This document shows positions 10,982-26,866 of a stretch of 38,527 nucleotides of DNA, in pieces. The DNA is taken from assembly GCA_910592345.1 (NCBI GenBank), contig CAJVPI010000256.1, positions 1 to 38,527 on the forward strand. The letters are read 5' to 3'. The DNA comes from Paraglomus brasilianum. Lineage: Eukaryota. The notes below the pieces were generated by a model. That model searched no databases. It saw nothing but the letters and a program-made list of their open reading frames with translations, and was not told the origin of the DNA. The translations under genes and the position numbers were made by a program. The number at the start of each line of letters is the position of its first letter. Positions within the stretch are counted from its first letter, which is position 1.

Positions 10982-13900
10982 TTACACATTAAATGACATT
11001 ATATTCTCGTGAACATATAGTTTTACGGTATTCTCTGACGGCCATTCAAAATGTATGACGTTGTTCGACGCTGGAACTGACAAATGCACTAGGAAACACG
11101 ACGTAAAAGGTACAATTAATATTAATTCATAATATGGCATCTAATCCAAGTCTTTCGATCGTTGTCTTGAAATTATATACAAACTTACCGTCATCACCAA
11201 GATTGAACCCAAATGCTTTGCGATCTCGGGATGCTCCCCCGAACACCCCAAGAAGGCTAGGAGATGGATTCCATACGCGAACCGTCTTCTCGTCTAGTGA
11301 ACATGACACAATGCGTTTGCCATCTTCCGAAAAGGAGAGAGCTGTTACCGCTCTGGTGTGGCCCTGTAGCATACAAACGCGTGAGTGTTAAACCTATACT
11401 AATTGTTATTTTAAAACTTCAATAGTATTATTTTGTCGTCAGTTCATTACGTCATGTCTTAAATATTATATATCGTAACATTGTTTTCTCCCATTTTTCC
11501 CAGTCATCCAATAAATGGCATGATAGTAAATGCCAACATAGTTGACATCATTCATCACGCAATTCTTAATCCAATATAGTATATCGTCAAATCTCACCTC
11601 TAACACCTGGCACTGCGTTGCAGTTCTCAAATCATATACGACTGTGGCACCTTCCAACGTTCCAACAGCTAATTTCTGCGATGGACCATGGAAACTAATT
11701 GATGGAAAAGTCTTAACCAAATCATGCAATATGCCAGTACTCGTCTGCAACACAGTCTCTCTCATATTCGGTATATTCGGATCCAAAGACTTCACCACGG
11801 CCGCCACCACCTTCGGTAAACTGGAATACAACACATGAGGCATCTTTTTAATAAACAGTGACACTAATCTCAAATAGCCTTTCTTTTCCGCTGGCTTTTT
11901 GGTATTCATCGTATCACATATAAGCGTAGAAATAAAGAGTGGTGTGTTTATGGAAGCAACATGAAATATTGCCTGTCGCGCCATGGCCTTCACAGGTGCA
12001 ACATTTGTGTCGGAATCAATTGCTAGAGAAAATAGGGTACGCAACACTGCTGCTGCTTTGAAATGTGTTGGTTGGTTGTCCAGAGTTAAGGATAATAGAT
12101 TAAATCAGGAAATAGCCGGTTAAACGGTGATATTATGTACAAAGAAGAAAGGATATGAGATTGCCATGTTGCAAAGCCTCGTCCACAAAGATCCAATGCC
12201 GCTAGCCGGTTGGACGGTTTCGCTTCATCATTTAAGAGTATCGTAAGTGACAGTGATATGCTCTCTGCCACACTATAAATAGGACAGATTTGAGACTTAA
12301 TAATTAAAATGACTGTCACTCTAATTATGACTTTCATAACGTGTTGAAGCACAATTGTACTTACTTCTCAGGTAAAGCCTTTGGGTTATCGACTCCAATC
12401 ATGGCAAGTAATATGGTTGAACGCGCCATGTATTGATTGTTCGAAAAATCAGGCCCGGAAGCTACTGCAGGCACTTAACGAGGTAATTAAGTAAATAAAC
12501 AGAAATAAAAAGCAAATAAGAAGACAAGAGAAAGGAGAAGATGAAGGCTATGGGTATTTAACAATAGTTATAAGATTGAATAGGGTCAGAAGGAAATAAT
12601 AACAAATAACGACTAACTCACGAAACTGCTTCCAATAATCAATAACGGCCTGTTGCTGCTCACGTGGCATACTGTTTAAGGATGATGTGAACAATGTTCT
12701 AGCGGCGCTCTGCACATCAGCTACAGATAGAAGATAAAATACATTATAAACCAAACAAGACAAACTTCAAGAATTATTTGTCTTCTACAATTCCTTTACT
12801 TACGCACTGAGTCTTGAAAATATTTAGCCAAAAACGAAAGTGATGGGTAGCAAAATCCATCAATGCGGTGTGGAAGACGTGTCCCGTAGTGTGTTATTAA
12901 GTCATTTGAGTATTTCTCTAGGCCTAGAATAAGTTTGGCAGGAAAAAAAATATGAAGAGGTGACAGGTGAAGATGTGTTAGAGTGTGAAACGGACCAACA
13001 TTGACCGAACAGCACAATTCCGAGTGTATTTTTTTAGGAAACCGAGATATATACCCTTCATTGAAAGAAAAGATCGTACGAGGCTTATTATGGAAAACAA
13101 ACGTGTCGCTGTAATTATAGGTGATATTTTCCATTGCGCACGTCCATCGCCAGGAGATGGGGCGGCCACTGATAAGCATCCGTTTGCTCTATTAAAATTA
13201 TTAGTCACTGTCAAAAACTAAGCGTAATATTCTGGTCTATATGTTCACTTTCTCTCGGATTTTCTCTTTTTCATATCTAACGAAAAAAACTTACCCCTTT
13301 AATCCTAGGCTAATCCCATTGCAACTACGCTTTAAACCCAACTTCTCAACACAAATTTTATCCATTTCGTCATCAACACCCCATGAAATCAAACAAGAGA
13401 TCAAACTATCCACTAGTTTCGGCCCTAAAGCCCTGCTCTCAGTTTCGCTCGATAATGGTGATGCTGATGCTGATGAGGCACCTCCTGTTAATTGGTTAGA
13501 ATGAATTGGTGTTGCCCAAGAAACAATTTTTGATTGGAGCATGGGGGATTTTTCGTTTAATTCTTCGGTTGAAGAGGATTTGAAAAGTGCGAAGGAACCG
13601 AACGAAGAGACATGGTAGTGGTATATGTCGTTTATTAGTTGTTTTATGTTTATGGTCAGAATATGAAGTGGAGTAGTGTCTTGAGTGCGAAGAACGTTGG
13701 TGAGGAAGATATTAGAATTTAAAAGTACATTCTGAACATAAGAATATCTACGTATATAAATAGACTTACCTGTCTCTTGGAAATGAATAGGTTGCGATGT
13801 GATGCTTGTTGATTTGCTACCTGTTCGCTTGGATATCTCATTTGATGGAATCACACTAATCAATTAAACACATGACAATACAGAATGAAGGCCAATGAAT

Positions 13901-16900
13901 TAATATAATTCTCAGATATTTTGCTCAATATTCTTTCAGGAAAGGAAAATTACCAAACCTCATCTTCCACTGCCTCTCATTCATCATATCTCTGGCAGCC
14001 TTCCCACAAACAATCTTATCTAGAGTGCCCGAATGTATCTATTTCAATGATATAAACGTTAGTTCTGCAATAGTTGCTTTTCCCCTAGTTATATGCAGCT
14101 TCCTTTCAATTTCCCTTAGAGATAAATACACAACTCACCTGCCAACAGTGTGCCGATTCATCTTGGTAAAAAATCACTAACAAATCTCTACTTGGTCTCC
14201 ATTGCAAGCCAGCTATTCCGTGCGTGTGCCCTTCGAATGCATATAAACAGCTCATTTCTTCCAGTGAAATAATTGACAACGAATTATCCCTTGCAATCGA
14301 AACAACACAACCACGGAGTCGTGTCCCTACATCACATGGTACGTCAATGAAAGTTGTGACAGGTTGACTGTGAGTAGCAAATTTTGCTAGACGCTTTCCG
14401 TTTCTTGTTTGGAAAGAAGAGATAATTAAAATAGGAATTTGTGTATATGTGTATATGTAATGTTACATGTCAGTCAATTATGAGGAAAGACTAAGTATTT
14501 AACAACTTACTCAAAGCTCCATATACGAACGGAAAAATCTTCTCCTCCGGTTAAGATATATTTCTTTCCAAAATTGGATGAACTTGGTGTGTATATACAG
14601 GTGATTCTACCATAATGACCCCTGAGTATTCGTATATCACTCAACTTATCTGCAGTCGAAAAGTCCTCTGATAGCACTTTGGAAAGCGGGTATATGTGAA
14701 TCTCCCCATTATCTAAATTGACAAGAAATAATAATTAAATATATCTACACGATTCGTTCGTCTGACTGTCAATATGAAAAATGAGCATTACCGTAACCAA
14801 AAGCCATGTGTTCTTCATAAATCATAGCCGATACTGTAGCTTCTGCCATATTGTCTTCCTTCTTCAATGGCCATAGACTTGCCAAGTCCGATTCTTAACA
14901 GCAAAATATTTGTAAATGTGAGCAAGCGTTGATACTTGAATCATTACAACTCCCTTCTCACATACATACCAACATTCCATCTATTCATAGGTATTTCGTC
15001 ACTCTCACTTTCTATGATTCTCATTTTTGGAGTGTTGGCGGAGAGTGATTTCCATGAGAAACGGGTGCTATCAGAATAGTTTCTGAACGTTAGAAGATAC
15101 CACGGGGATCGATCGGTGGAGTTAGCTGCTGCAAGCACGATTGTTTGGGACGAATTGTATAACCGAACTGAATGTTGAGAAGTGATGGAATTGATACGTA
15201 ATTTTCAGTTACATTGAGAAGAAATAAGCAGTATAACTTAATAATAATAGCAAACACATCTCAAGCATGCAGAAAGTTTAAATAGCGCACCATCGTTTTC
15301 GCAGCACACAATTTCTGTTAGTGTAGGCCTGTTTAAACATTGCCCAATGCAAAAATAATAAATCTTACAAGTCTCTTAATATAAAAAGAATTCCATCAGT
15401 CTTAAATTTTATATTCTTTCCAACCTTGAACGTCCTGCATGCGTTGTTCTTTCAGTGTTCGCATTTTCGTTAGCTGTAAGTGGTATTGACGATCTCCTAG
15501 ATACACTGCGTCTATGACTAGTAGAACCATTGTCAACGGAGTATGCACGGTCCATTGGTGGAAGCATGTAGACATATGCATTGCCACGCTGACGTGAGAA
15601 GACATTGATGAATAAGACTTTATGCGATAATGAGAAGTAATGGAATTCACGCGGTTTGCCTTTACCTCTGTCCAGAGTATTAATTTGGATTTCGGAGCAA
15701 ACGCTCCAGACTGCCATATCTCACCACTATTGGGCACGTCTATTCGTTGCACATTTAAGGCTTTATTTCTACGTACTGTGAATGTCTAAATGAATGAAAA
15801 TCTTAAGAACGGCTGTAGAGATCTGTTGTGTTCTCGTTTTCTCTATCCACAATTGAAAACTTACCGACACCGAGTTCCTAGAAATAGCCAGAATAACGCC
15901 AATATCATATGGATTATTTACTAATTTGAATATCTTCTCCCCATTCGCGCTTAACACGTTAATAACATCATATTCTTTCGTGATCGTTTGCTTTGTTTCG
16001 TCAAATGACCATATTCGTAGTTTGCCATTGAATGTACAGGTCAGTAAGCGTATCTGGCGGGCGTCTTGAAGTTATAACATTTTGTTAACAAAACGAGTAA
16101 GAGAAGAATTAAATGTCGAGAATATATAATCATTACTGAAAGCGTGTTGAATATGTATGAGCAACCTATGTAGTAGAAATGGTTGCTTTTTGAATTCTAA
16201 CCTGAGTCATAAAATGGTGTACATGCTGCCCAGTCATTGTGTCCTCCCCAAACTCGGACGACCTAACGAGAAAAATGTATGTTATTGTCGTAGGTATTGC
16301 GACTCATCCAATTAAAACTTCTCAGCCGATGCCTTACCTCTAAATTAGATACGTTCAATATTGCTATTTCATTCGAAAATCCGGAACATAAAATATACTT
16401 TGCAGGCTATAGATAGTGATGTAGACACGTTAACGGACGTGATACTATCCATTAGCTCTGAATTCTGGAAACTGTCTCAGTTATGTATTAATATTGCTAC
16501 AATCCTTATTGTTTTCATTCACAATACCTGTGTATAATCAGCCAAACAATTCAACGCCATTGGAATACCATCCAATACACACGAGATGGACGCCAGACAT
16601 CTCCCATCTATCAGAGACCATTTCATAATTTCTCTGATTTGATATGTGCAAAGCAAATGGATCAGTGATTATGTCTCATATTCAATTTGTCTACTGTCCA
16701 AAACGCTTTCCCACCTCATCTCTCATTTTATTTCTTAAACCCTAAAATGATTGTTATCCGCACATTACCGACCGCATCCCGTAAACGATATCTATCACAT
16801 CCTAAACACGGGTTCCTCCACTCATCGTTCACGTCTACATTCGCATAACTTACCCATCTTCCGAAGCACTAATCACAACATACTTATTTCCAGCATTCCC

Positions 16901-17458
16901 ATCAGTCTGATTTTCGATTATGGCTAATGTTGTTACCGGAGATGAATGGCCTATACAGAAAATTTTGTGACGCAGCTTACAGAGAGAAATACAAAAGGTT
17001 GGCGTATTGAGAATGTAGACGGGAGTGTTAGGGGGGAGCATGAAAGCGATAAGGCAATAGATAAAATATAATAAGCATTCTAAATGCTATGCTGCCATCT
17101 ACCAAAAATTCCATCCTATCAGAAAATAACCAATCCTTCTTTTCTCACTAAAACAGTTTTCTCTGTTTGTTGTAAAAGCTTATTCGCTATAGATCCTATT
17201 GCTTAATACGAAACCTTGCTCATTCGTTCACTACTTGCTAATATCCCTTCTTCTAACTTCTGGTCCTTTGTCGACCCTTCAGATCAAAATCCTTACTTCA
17301 ATGTTTCCCCTCTCGCCAATGCGCCATGTATATATCCATAGACATCCATTCTTCAAGCCAGTTACTATATGTGCCTCTTTATATGCAATACAAGTCACTG
17401 GTGAATATGGGGGGTGATCCCATCGTGCGATCGGGACGGCAAGAGAAGAAGAGGACAT
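10982..17458 (-). CDS. WDR7: WD repeat-containing protein 7 / Rabconnectin-3 beta homologue (about 24 exons)
   Basis: Start MSSSSLAVPIARWDHPPYSPVTC...IVTGLKNGCLW resembles the WDR7 N-terminus (SLVLPIVLWG...IVTG). Further matches: GHSSPVTTL...ISASEDGEIMKWSLIDGRC; LTGGEDFSVRIW; LQWRPSRDLL; AALDLCGRGFATW; VVKSLDPN; QKLAVG...YDLRTA; GHTRAVTALSFSEDGKRIVS. Ends FEWPSENTVKLYVHENIMSFNV*. First exons 17458-17297, 16975-16854, 16633-16528; last exons 12064-11598, 11363-11189, 11088-10982. All introns traced are GT-AG except one AT-AC. Confidence 0.9.
12065..12156 (-). other. U12-type (minor spliceosome) AT-AC intron, 92 nt, in WDR7
   Basis: 5' splice site ATATCCTTT (12156-12148), branch site TCCTTAAC (12092-12085) and 3' terminal AC (12066-12065). 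Removal restores the frame as GFATWQSHFKAAAVLRTLF. Confidence 0.88.
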
Positions 17459-18729
17459 TACAGTTATGTAAAGGAGCGGAGGCGAACAGACTAGGCTGAA
17501 TAGTGTGGTTTCTTTGTGTTTGCGGTTAGTTGATAGTTCAAATGTATCATACGAAGGTGAACAGAAAGTTTAGCTATTAAACATTAAATCGATTAGCGGA
17601 CAGACATATTATAGACCATCTATTACTATTAAAAAAGTAGATGATAAGGGAGTTAAATTAATATTAATATCATGGGTCACGTTAATTGGATGTCATACAA
17701 TATTCACGCCATCGCCCGGTAAAATTCTGTAACTGGAATTTTGGTGTTCGCCATTCTTTTAAAGAATAAACAGAGCAGGTCGCACTTTATTTTGGGTCGG
17801 TGATCTACGTGCATGTGAAAAAAAGCATAACTACAACCGTTATTGTCATTAAAACGACAGATTTTGGCATGATAAACAAACCTTGGCTTACTTCCTAATT
17901 GCCTTCTTACTTATGTGTCGAACACTTAATACGGTAATTGCTATCAGCAAACGCTTGCGCTTTTCATGATACAATATTGCTATAAATAGGCAGACCCTGT
18001 TGAGAAGACAATACGTGGGAAATTTTGACTGCAAGCTGCCAATTTAATTATCTTACAACATTGTAATTGTAAGCGAAAATGCGTTATCACGAAAAGCATA
18101 ATTAAATAAATTCAGATTCATTTACAAAAATGAGAATCCTATATATAGCGGTTTTATCAAAAACAGAAGATTTGGAGCGACAGTCAATTACATACTTATG
18201 CTATGGATCAGTTTTCTGTTTGATTTTATGTTCGCTCATCTATGCTATTACTTTTGAATCGGCCTCTATGAGTAACTTCGAACTTTAAATATAAACCCAT
18301 ATCACATTCAATGTCGATACAATTCGCTTGAGAAACTTGCGCAAGCAATCAAAAGCAGGTTGAACTTTTTTTGGAGGCAACCCTGAAAATATTATCATGA
18401 TTCTTTTCAGTCTTATCTAGAAATGGTAATTCCAGGGAAAAGCCAAATTACAAATGCATAGTAAAAACGGAGATTATATGTTCTTCTTAGTTGAAGCAGT
18501 CATGTTACCAAAACAAGAGACAAAGGAAGGCTTCTTGATGCTTTATCGGCGACGCGCTATAACCTGTCAGAGATTCGCAGACACGGAAATCATTCCTGAC
18601 AATTAGGGAGCATTCTTAACAACAACACATGATTGACTTGAAAAATAAGACATATTGAAGAGCTCAAAAGCTATTAAGAGTGAACAGTTTTCTATCTAGA
18701 CACTCTAACAAACTAATACTATATTCAAT

Positions 18730-21776
<3,047 letters not shown>

Positions 21777-23949
21777 TTCTATTACGGCGGGAGGGCGCAA
21801 AAAAATCGAGAATGTAACTATTTATATACTTTAAACCATCATTCATTGGTTGAAAATTGATTTAGGGGGTGTGTATTTATTCGGCAGGATCATTTGTTGA
21901 TCATCACGCGTATAAATCATCTATTACATATTATATACAGAACCGAACCTTGATAAGCCGACTGTTTCCAGTGCTGTCTATACAATTCCTGTCTCTTGCA
22001 TTTAGTGATAAATAATTGTACAGCCTTTCAACGTCTTCTTTGGGTTCAGTCAACATAGCATCTGTTTCGCATAATGTCTGTCCTTTGCCAGAACGTCGTT
22101 ACGTCTTTGTATTTAAGCTAAGGAATTTGCCTGCTATTTATCAAGGAATGTTACCTAATTTACAATTTTCGAGACATTAGTTTACACGATTACATGACAG
22201 TGGCAAACACTTTTCTTAATTATGTAACAATGCCATCAATTGATTATTACTTTATTGACTATTTTCTGATAAACCGCTTGGGAAGTGAGCAGTAGCGGCA
22301 TTGCGAGAGAAAATGTAGTTTATTTTTTCCTTCTTTTCCATTTGTAGATCAATATTTTGATGCGCGCTTATGAATGAAAAGTCTTCAAAAGACCGGGAGA
22401 TTTGGCGCGTTTGAATGTTGATATACGCTGTACAATTATTAAAATTAAGACAGCGTATCGGCGGTGGGTTTGAAGATTAATAAATGGAGAGAGCGACTTG
22501 GTTAAGCGGAATGTACCTTTCAATTTTGCAGCAATATACACGAGTATCAAGCACAGTAAAAGCCCGCATCTCTCATCCGTTATGAGAATCCGGGTAATAA
22601 TGATAAAACTTGATTGTTGATGATATATCATCCGTATATACGTAAAACAGCGATGCTACAATATGTGTATGCTAATAATTAATAGCAGCGATTAAAGTCT
22701 GATGAAGAATATATTTGTTGTCCGTCAAGTTATGTCCGAGTGAAACATGAATTAAGAATGCGATAATAAACGTGACCTAATATTAATCGTCAATCATTCG
22801 TCTAGTACCAATACATTGTTCGCTAATATGGTAATTACTTATAAAAATTTCACGTAACATAAACGCATCTAACTCATGCAATCTGGATCTGGGCAAAGGA
22901 GTTCCTTCAAAAGAATGTTCCAGAAGTGCGGGATTGGCCATCCAACAGTCCGGACTTGAACCCCATAGAAAATTGTTAAGCAAAACGAATGCCGAAAGAT
23001 ATTACTGAATTAGAAGGAGTGGAGAAATAACCCGGACAGCATCGTAATTAGTCTTGTAGAATCAATGTCCCCTCGTTCTTGAAGGCCATAGAATTATTAA
23101 ATTTCAATTGATTAAATCTACAGTTGTCAGTTTGCAGATGAAGCAGTGATTTAGGAACAGCAGACTTTATTTCATTCCGTTTTTTTGTTACACGCCGGAA
23201 TAATAATGTCGTTAAAACTAGCCTCTTGCACATGGTTAGCCTGGCTACCCATATAAGATTTGGCCACCCCTAGAAGGCGAGCTAAGTTTGCACCTAAACT
23301 CACCTCCTTAAACAACGTCCGGCAGAAGAAGAAAACGGTCCTTCGCGATAACCCATTCTTCTGATAAGAGACCAAAGTATTTGCAAAATTTGGGTTTACA
23401 ATGTCTTTCGACTTCGAAGAGGACGAGAATCAACCTTCCCTTTCGTTTCACAGATATGATGTCCTCGATGTGCGGACTCTAAACTCGCATCGGAAATTTG
23501 AAGAACTGTTGAAGAACAGTTTCATTTATTATTGATAGCTTGAACAGTTCCTTTGCTGTGAATTGGTAAAAGAAACGTCGGTGTTGGGTCCTACATAATC
23601 ATGTAATCTTACGCAGCAATAAGTCTAAGTTAAAACCTGCGCGCCTTGTTAAACTAGTTATGTGATTAATCATTAGTATTGGATCATGGAAGCAATCACT
23701 ATTAACCGTTTTATCCAGAGGTAAACTATGAACTCTATTTGTAGAATCTATGAGTACTAAGTCCATAACATAACATATTATTGATAGCTAAAATGCATTA
23801 GTAATGTGGGCGAGCGACCTGAGCAGGATGCTTATACATTAAAACTTAACTTGCGTCTAGTCTTTTGGTTGTAACTTCTTGTACATTGGCTTCTCTTCTA
23901 TAAAGAAGAAAACGCCATTTATGATGTACCATACGTAATGTGTCGTTAT

Positions 23950-25620
23950 ATTGTGATCAACTAAATTAATTGAGCTTCTCGACAGAAGATTAAAAGTGGC
24001 TGTTCAGACGCAGTATTTAGAAAAACGGGTAGGAAAGCTGCTGCTATAGCTGTTTGAGACATGCCACCACCCTATCAAGGAAATCGATATAATGTTATCA
24101 GATTAAATCATGTTCACTACAACAGCCAGCCCTATCTCTTATAATGTATCCTTCGTTTCCATGAAGTAAACAACACTCAGTTCACTTCTCGTCTTGAAAG
24201 GACACAGAACACTTATGTGTCTATTATTATCCGCTTCAGAATACATGAATCTGACAATACTAGTCAGCGTCATACCTGGTACAGAAGCGAACGATTGAGT
24301 ATAAAGTTACTGAATATAATAAGCCTCGTACGATAAGAAAATTTATAGGCGTCACGGGATGTTCCAAATTATCTCAGCGATATTTTTTGGGGAGTGATGC
24401 ATTACTCCAAATTGATGTGCCAGACTTGCATTCTGCCTAATAAAGAACGCGAATATACAACATACCACGGCGTATGTATTAGGAAAGAGGAGTATCCCTA
24501 AATTACGAGTCTTGATTCATCTTGCCCCTAATAAATGATTTAGGCGACCAAAGCCTGTTGACAGAAAGAATGTGGAAATGCTCGGATGAACTGCTTCTCA
24601 AGGTACTAGAGTCAAACATTCAACGATCTGCTTTGGGCATTCATAGTCAGAGATGAGGTATATTATTTTTGGCCTTGGCAGCGTTATAATGGCTAGCTCG
24701 AATAGTATATCACGTTGGTTTTATGAGCAATTTGCCACATTTTTGACCAGGCCTTCAGGATAAAGGATACTTACGTTTTTCTATTCCATTTACTTATTTG
24801 AATAGACGGAATTCAAATTAATTTTACCAAGATTTGTAGCGTGGAATACGTTAGCCATTTACTTTATCACATACTATAAGTATCATTGCTCTGTGCTAAC
24901 GATGACACATATTCAATCGCTATGGCAACTTCCTGCCATGTGAGACCGGTTAGCACTATGTGATAGTCAGGTAAGTGCTGCAAGATCTTATGAATCTTGT
25001 TCATTTGTAGAACGACTTGAGCCGATTGTCTTCTCGTGAAGTAACGTCACCTGATCAGAATTATCCTGTTAATTAAATGTCCCCAAATAATTTGAGATCT
25101 CTGTATATCACATACGGCCCAAATTTCAGATAATGACGGTACCACTCTAAAGTGGCAGACTCGGCACAGAATCCATAGTTGAGACGGGAGTCTTACTACT
25201 TATAGCGAAAGGCCATTTATGCTTGAACTAAAATCATCCAATATATCTAAGAGATAGTAGTAAAATTATTGGGCATCGTTGTAAATCAATTCACATCAAC
25301 TCTCGCTTCCTTCATCCCTCGCCCAATTCTTGTAGCAATGTCTTTTTCTAACAGTTTGCCGACGGGTAACAGTCAACGGCGATGACGGAAACGTTGTCTC
25401 TTTCGCAAGAATTGCGTATCTTCTTTCAGGTGGCGATTGTGATCATGGTTGGAGATATCACTTCTTTCACGTCTACGGAATCACACGAATCTGGCGTAAA
25501 CCTGGTCTAATAAGACGTAATAGGGAGAAGATGAGCGATGAGCAATATACGTTGTGGATCCATTACCCACGATATTAGGTTGTCATATCTTGAATTTGCA
25601 GAGTTTACAACCACATATGT
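23950..25620 (-). mobile_element. Decayed LINE (RT and possible RNase H; Tad/I-like) relic
   Basis: Ordered minus-strand fragments: NSA...DNLISW (about 25600), FR.IA...VGKLLEKDIATRI (about 25390-25325; compare YRPISLL..LGK.LEK.IA.RL), LLDILDDF (about 25250; compare LDI..AFD), then VVYFME...IGLAVV and SQTAI (about 24175-24040; weakly RNase H-like). Many stops and frameshifts. Confidence 0.45.
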
Positions 25621-26540
25621 GCCAATTCTATTTACTATTAATGTTTGAGGGTCAAAAGTAATTAAATACCCAGGATTCCAGATGGGAGTTCTTTACAGAG
25701 GTTGGATCTCTCCTAGTATCCGTATACTTTACGTTATAACTTAAATTCCTTGTTGAATACGGTCAACTTCGTTCAAGTATACCTTTGATCCATATTAAGG
25801 ATACTTTGGCGAGGATAATACTGTTTCGGACGCTGAATGATCGAGACAACCCATTGGAAGAAGACTAAGCTCATCGGTTTCGATTCGTCCTAGGGGTGAT
25901 TTAAATGTTTCATAAGACATTAGCAATTAATAGTTTGCAGGTTGGATGATTAAACCAAGCAACTCACACCTGAAACGTTAAAATTAGTCTTTAACCTTTC
26001 TACGTACAGCTTATATCTTGGATTAGTTTACAGACAAGTCATTGAATGAATACATTACATTTTCCAACCTCCGTTCGGTCTTTGTTCACTAGAATTATAT
26101 AATAAACTTGGTTCCAAATTTTGCACGATTTAATGTATGGTTTTGATCGATAATAATGTACTAATTCTTAAGTTAAGTGTAATTATGTCAGTATCAGATC
26201 ACTCTTTCATTCATTATTCGTTTGTTTATTTGATCATTAAATTATCTTACTATTACTATTACGGTATCATTGTCCATACATAACAATACAAGTAATAAAT
26301 GATGACGCTATGACGGGTTACCTTGAATTCTAATATGGAATTCGATGATTGGGAGAGTAGCGCAGAATATGATATTATTAAAAACGTCAATATACATTAA
26401 ACAGGAACAGTATTATATATTGCAGCTGTCATTGCCCATACACCACGCTCTGCACTTAATAATAATACCAGCGTAACAAATAAAGCGAGTGATCCAGGAT
26501 GAAAAGTAAACGTATCACTATCAGATACGATATAACTGGA

Positions 26541-26560
26541 TAATAGTCACATGACTATTA
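26541..26560. promoter_or_regulatory. 20-bp near-perfect palindrome with an E-box-like core, upstream of the DUF262 gene
   Basis: TAATAGTCA-CA-TGACTATTA: perfect 9-bp inverted arms around a CA centre. The core GTCACATGAC is one change from the bHLH site GTCACGTGAC. It lies about 310 bp before the ATG. A regulatory role is inferred only. Confidence 0.45.
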
Positions 26561-26866
26561 CTGAAAAAGATATGGGGGAATTGATCCATCAGAGTTGGGC
26601 CAGTTTTAATTGAGGAATTGTTGAGAATGAACAAATGTATCACAATGCTTTGCTACACAATTAGGTAACTCCTCACTAGTAATAAGAAGTAATATATTTA
26701 CTAATAATGCAATAATACATTGACCATTATTCCAAAACTCTCCCACTTACTATCTCCACAAATCTGTTTCTCCATCTATTTCACCTATTTATACACTCAC
26801 ACACTCTTGCTCACCAATCTTCACCCACTACATTCAGTATTTCCTTTACTCTCACTAAAGCCCAGA

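Noticed and set aside
11134..13504. Plus-strand ORFs opposite WDR7 exons (and similar antisense ORFs over the Kelch, DUF262 and LRR genes)
   Set aside because: Antisense shadows of real coding exons with no independent motifs.
25366..25392. Plus-strand VTVNGDDG resembling an RNA-virus RdRp GDD motif
   Set aside because: No upstream RdRp motifs A or B in any plus frame, and the opposite strand fits LINE RT motifs better.
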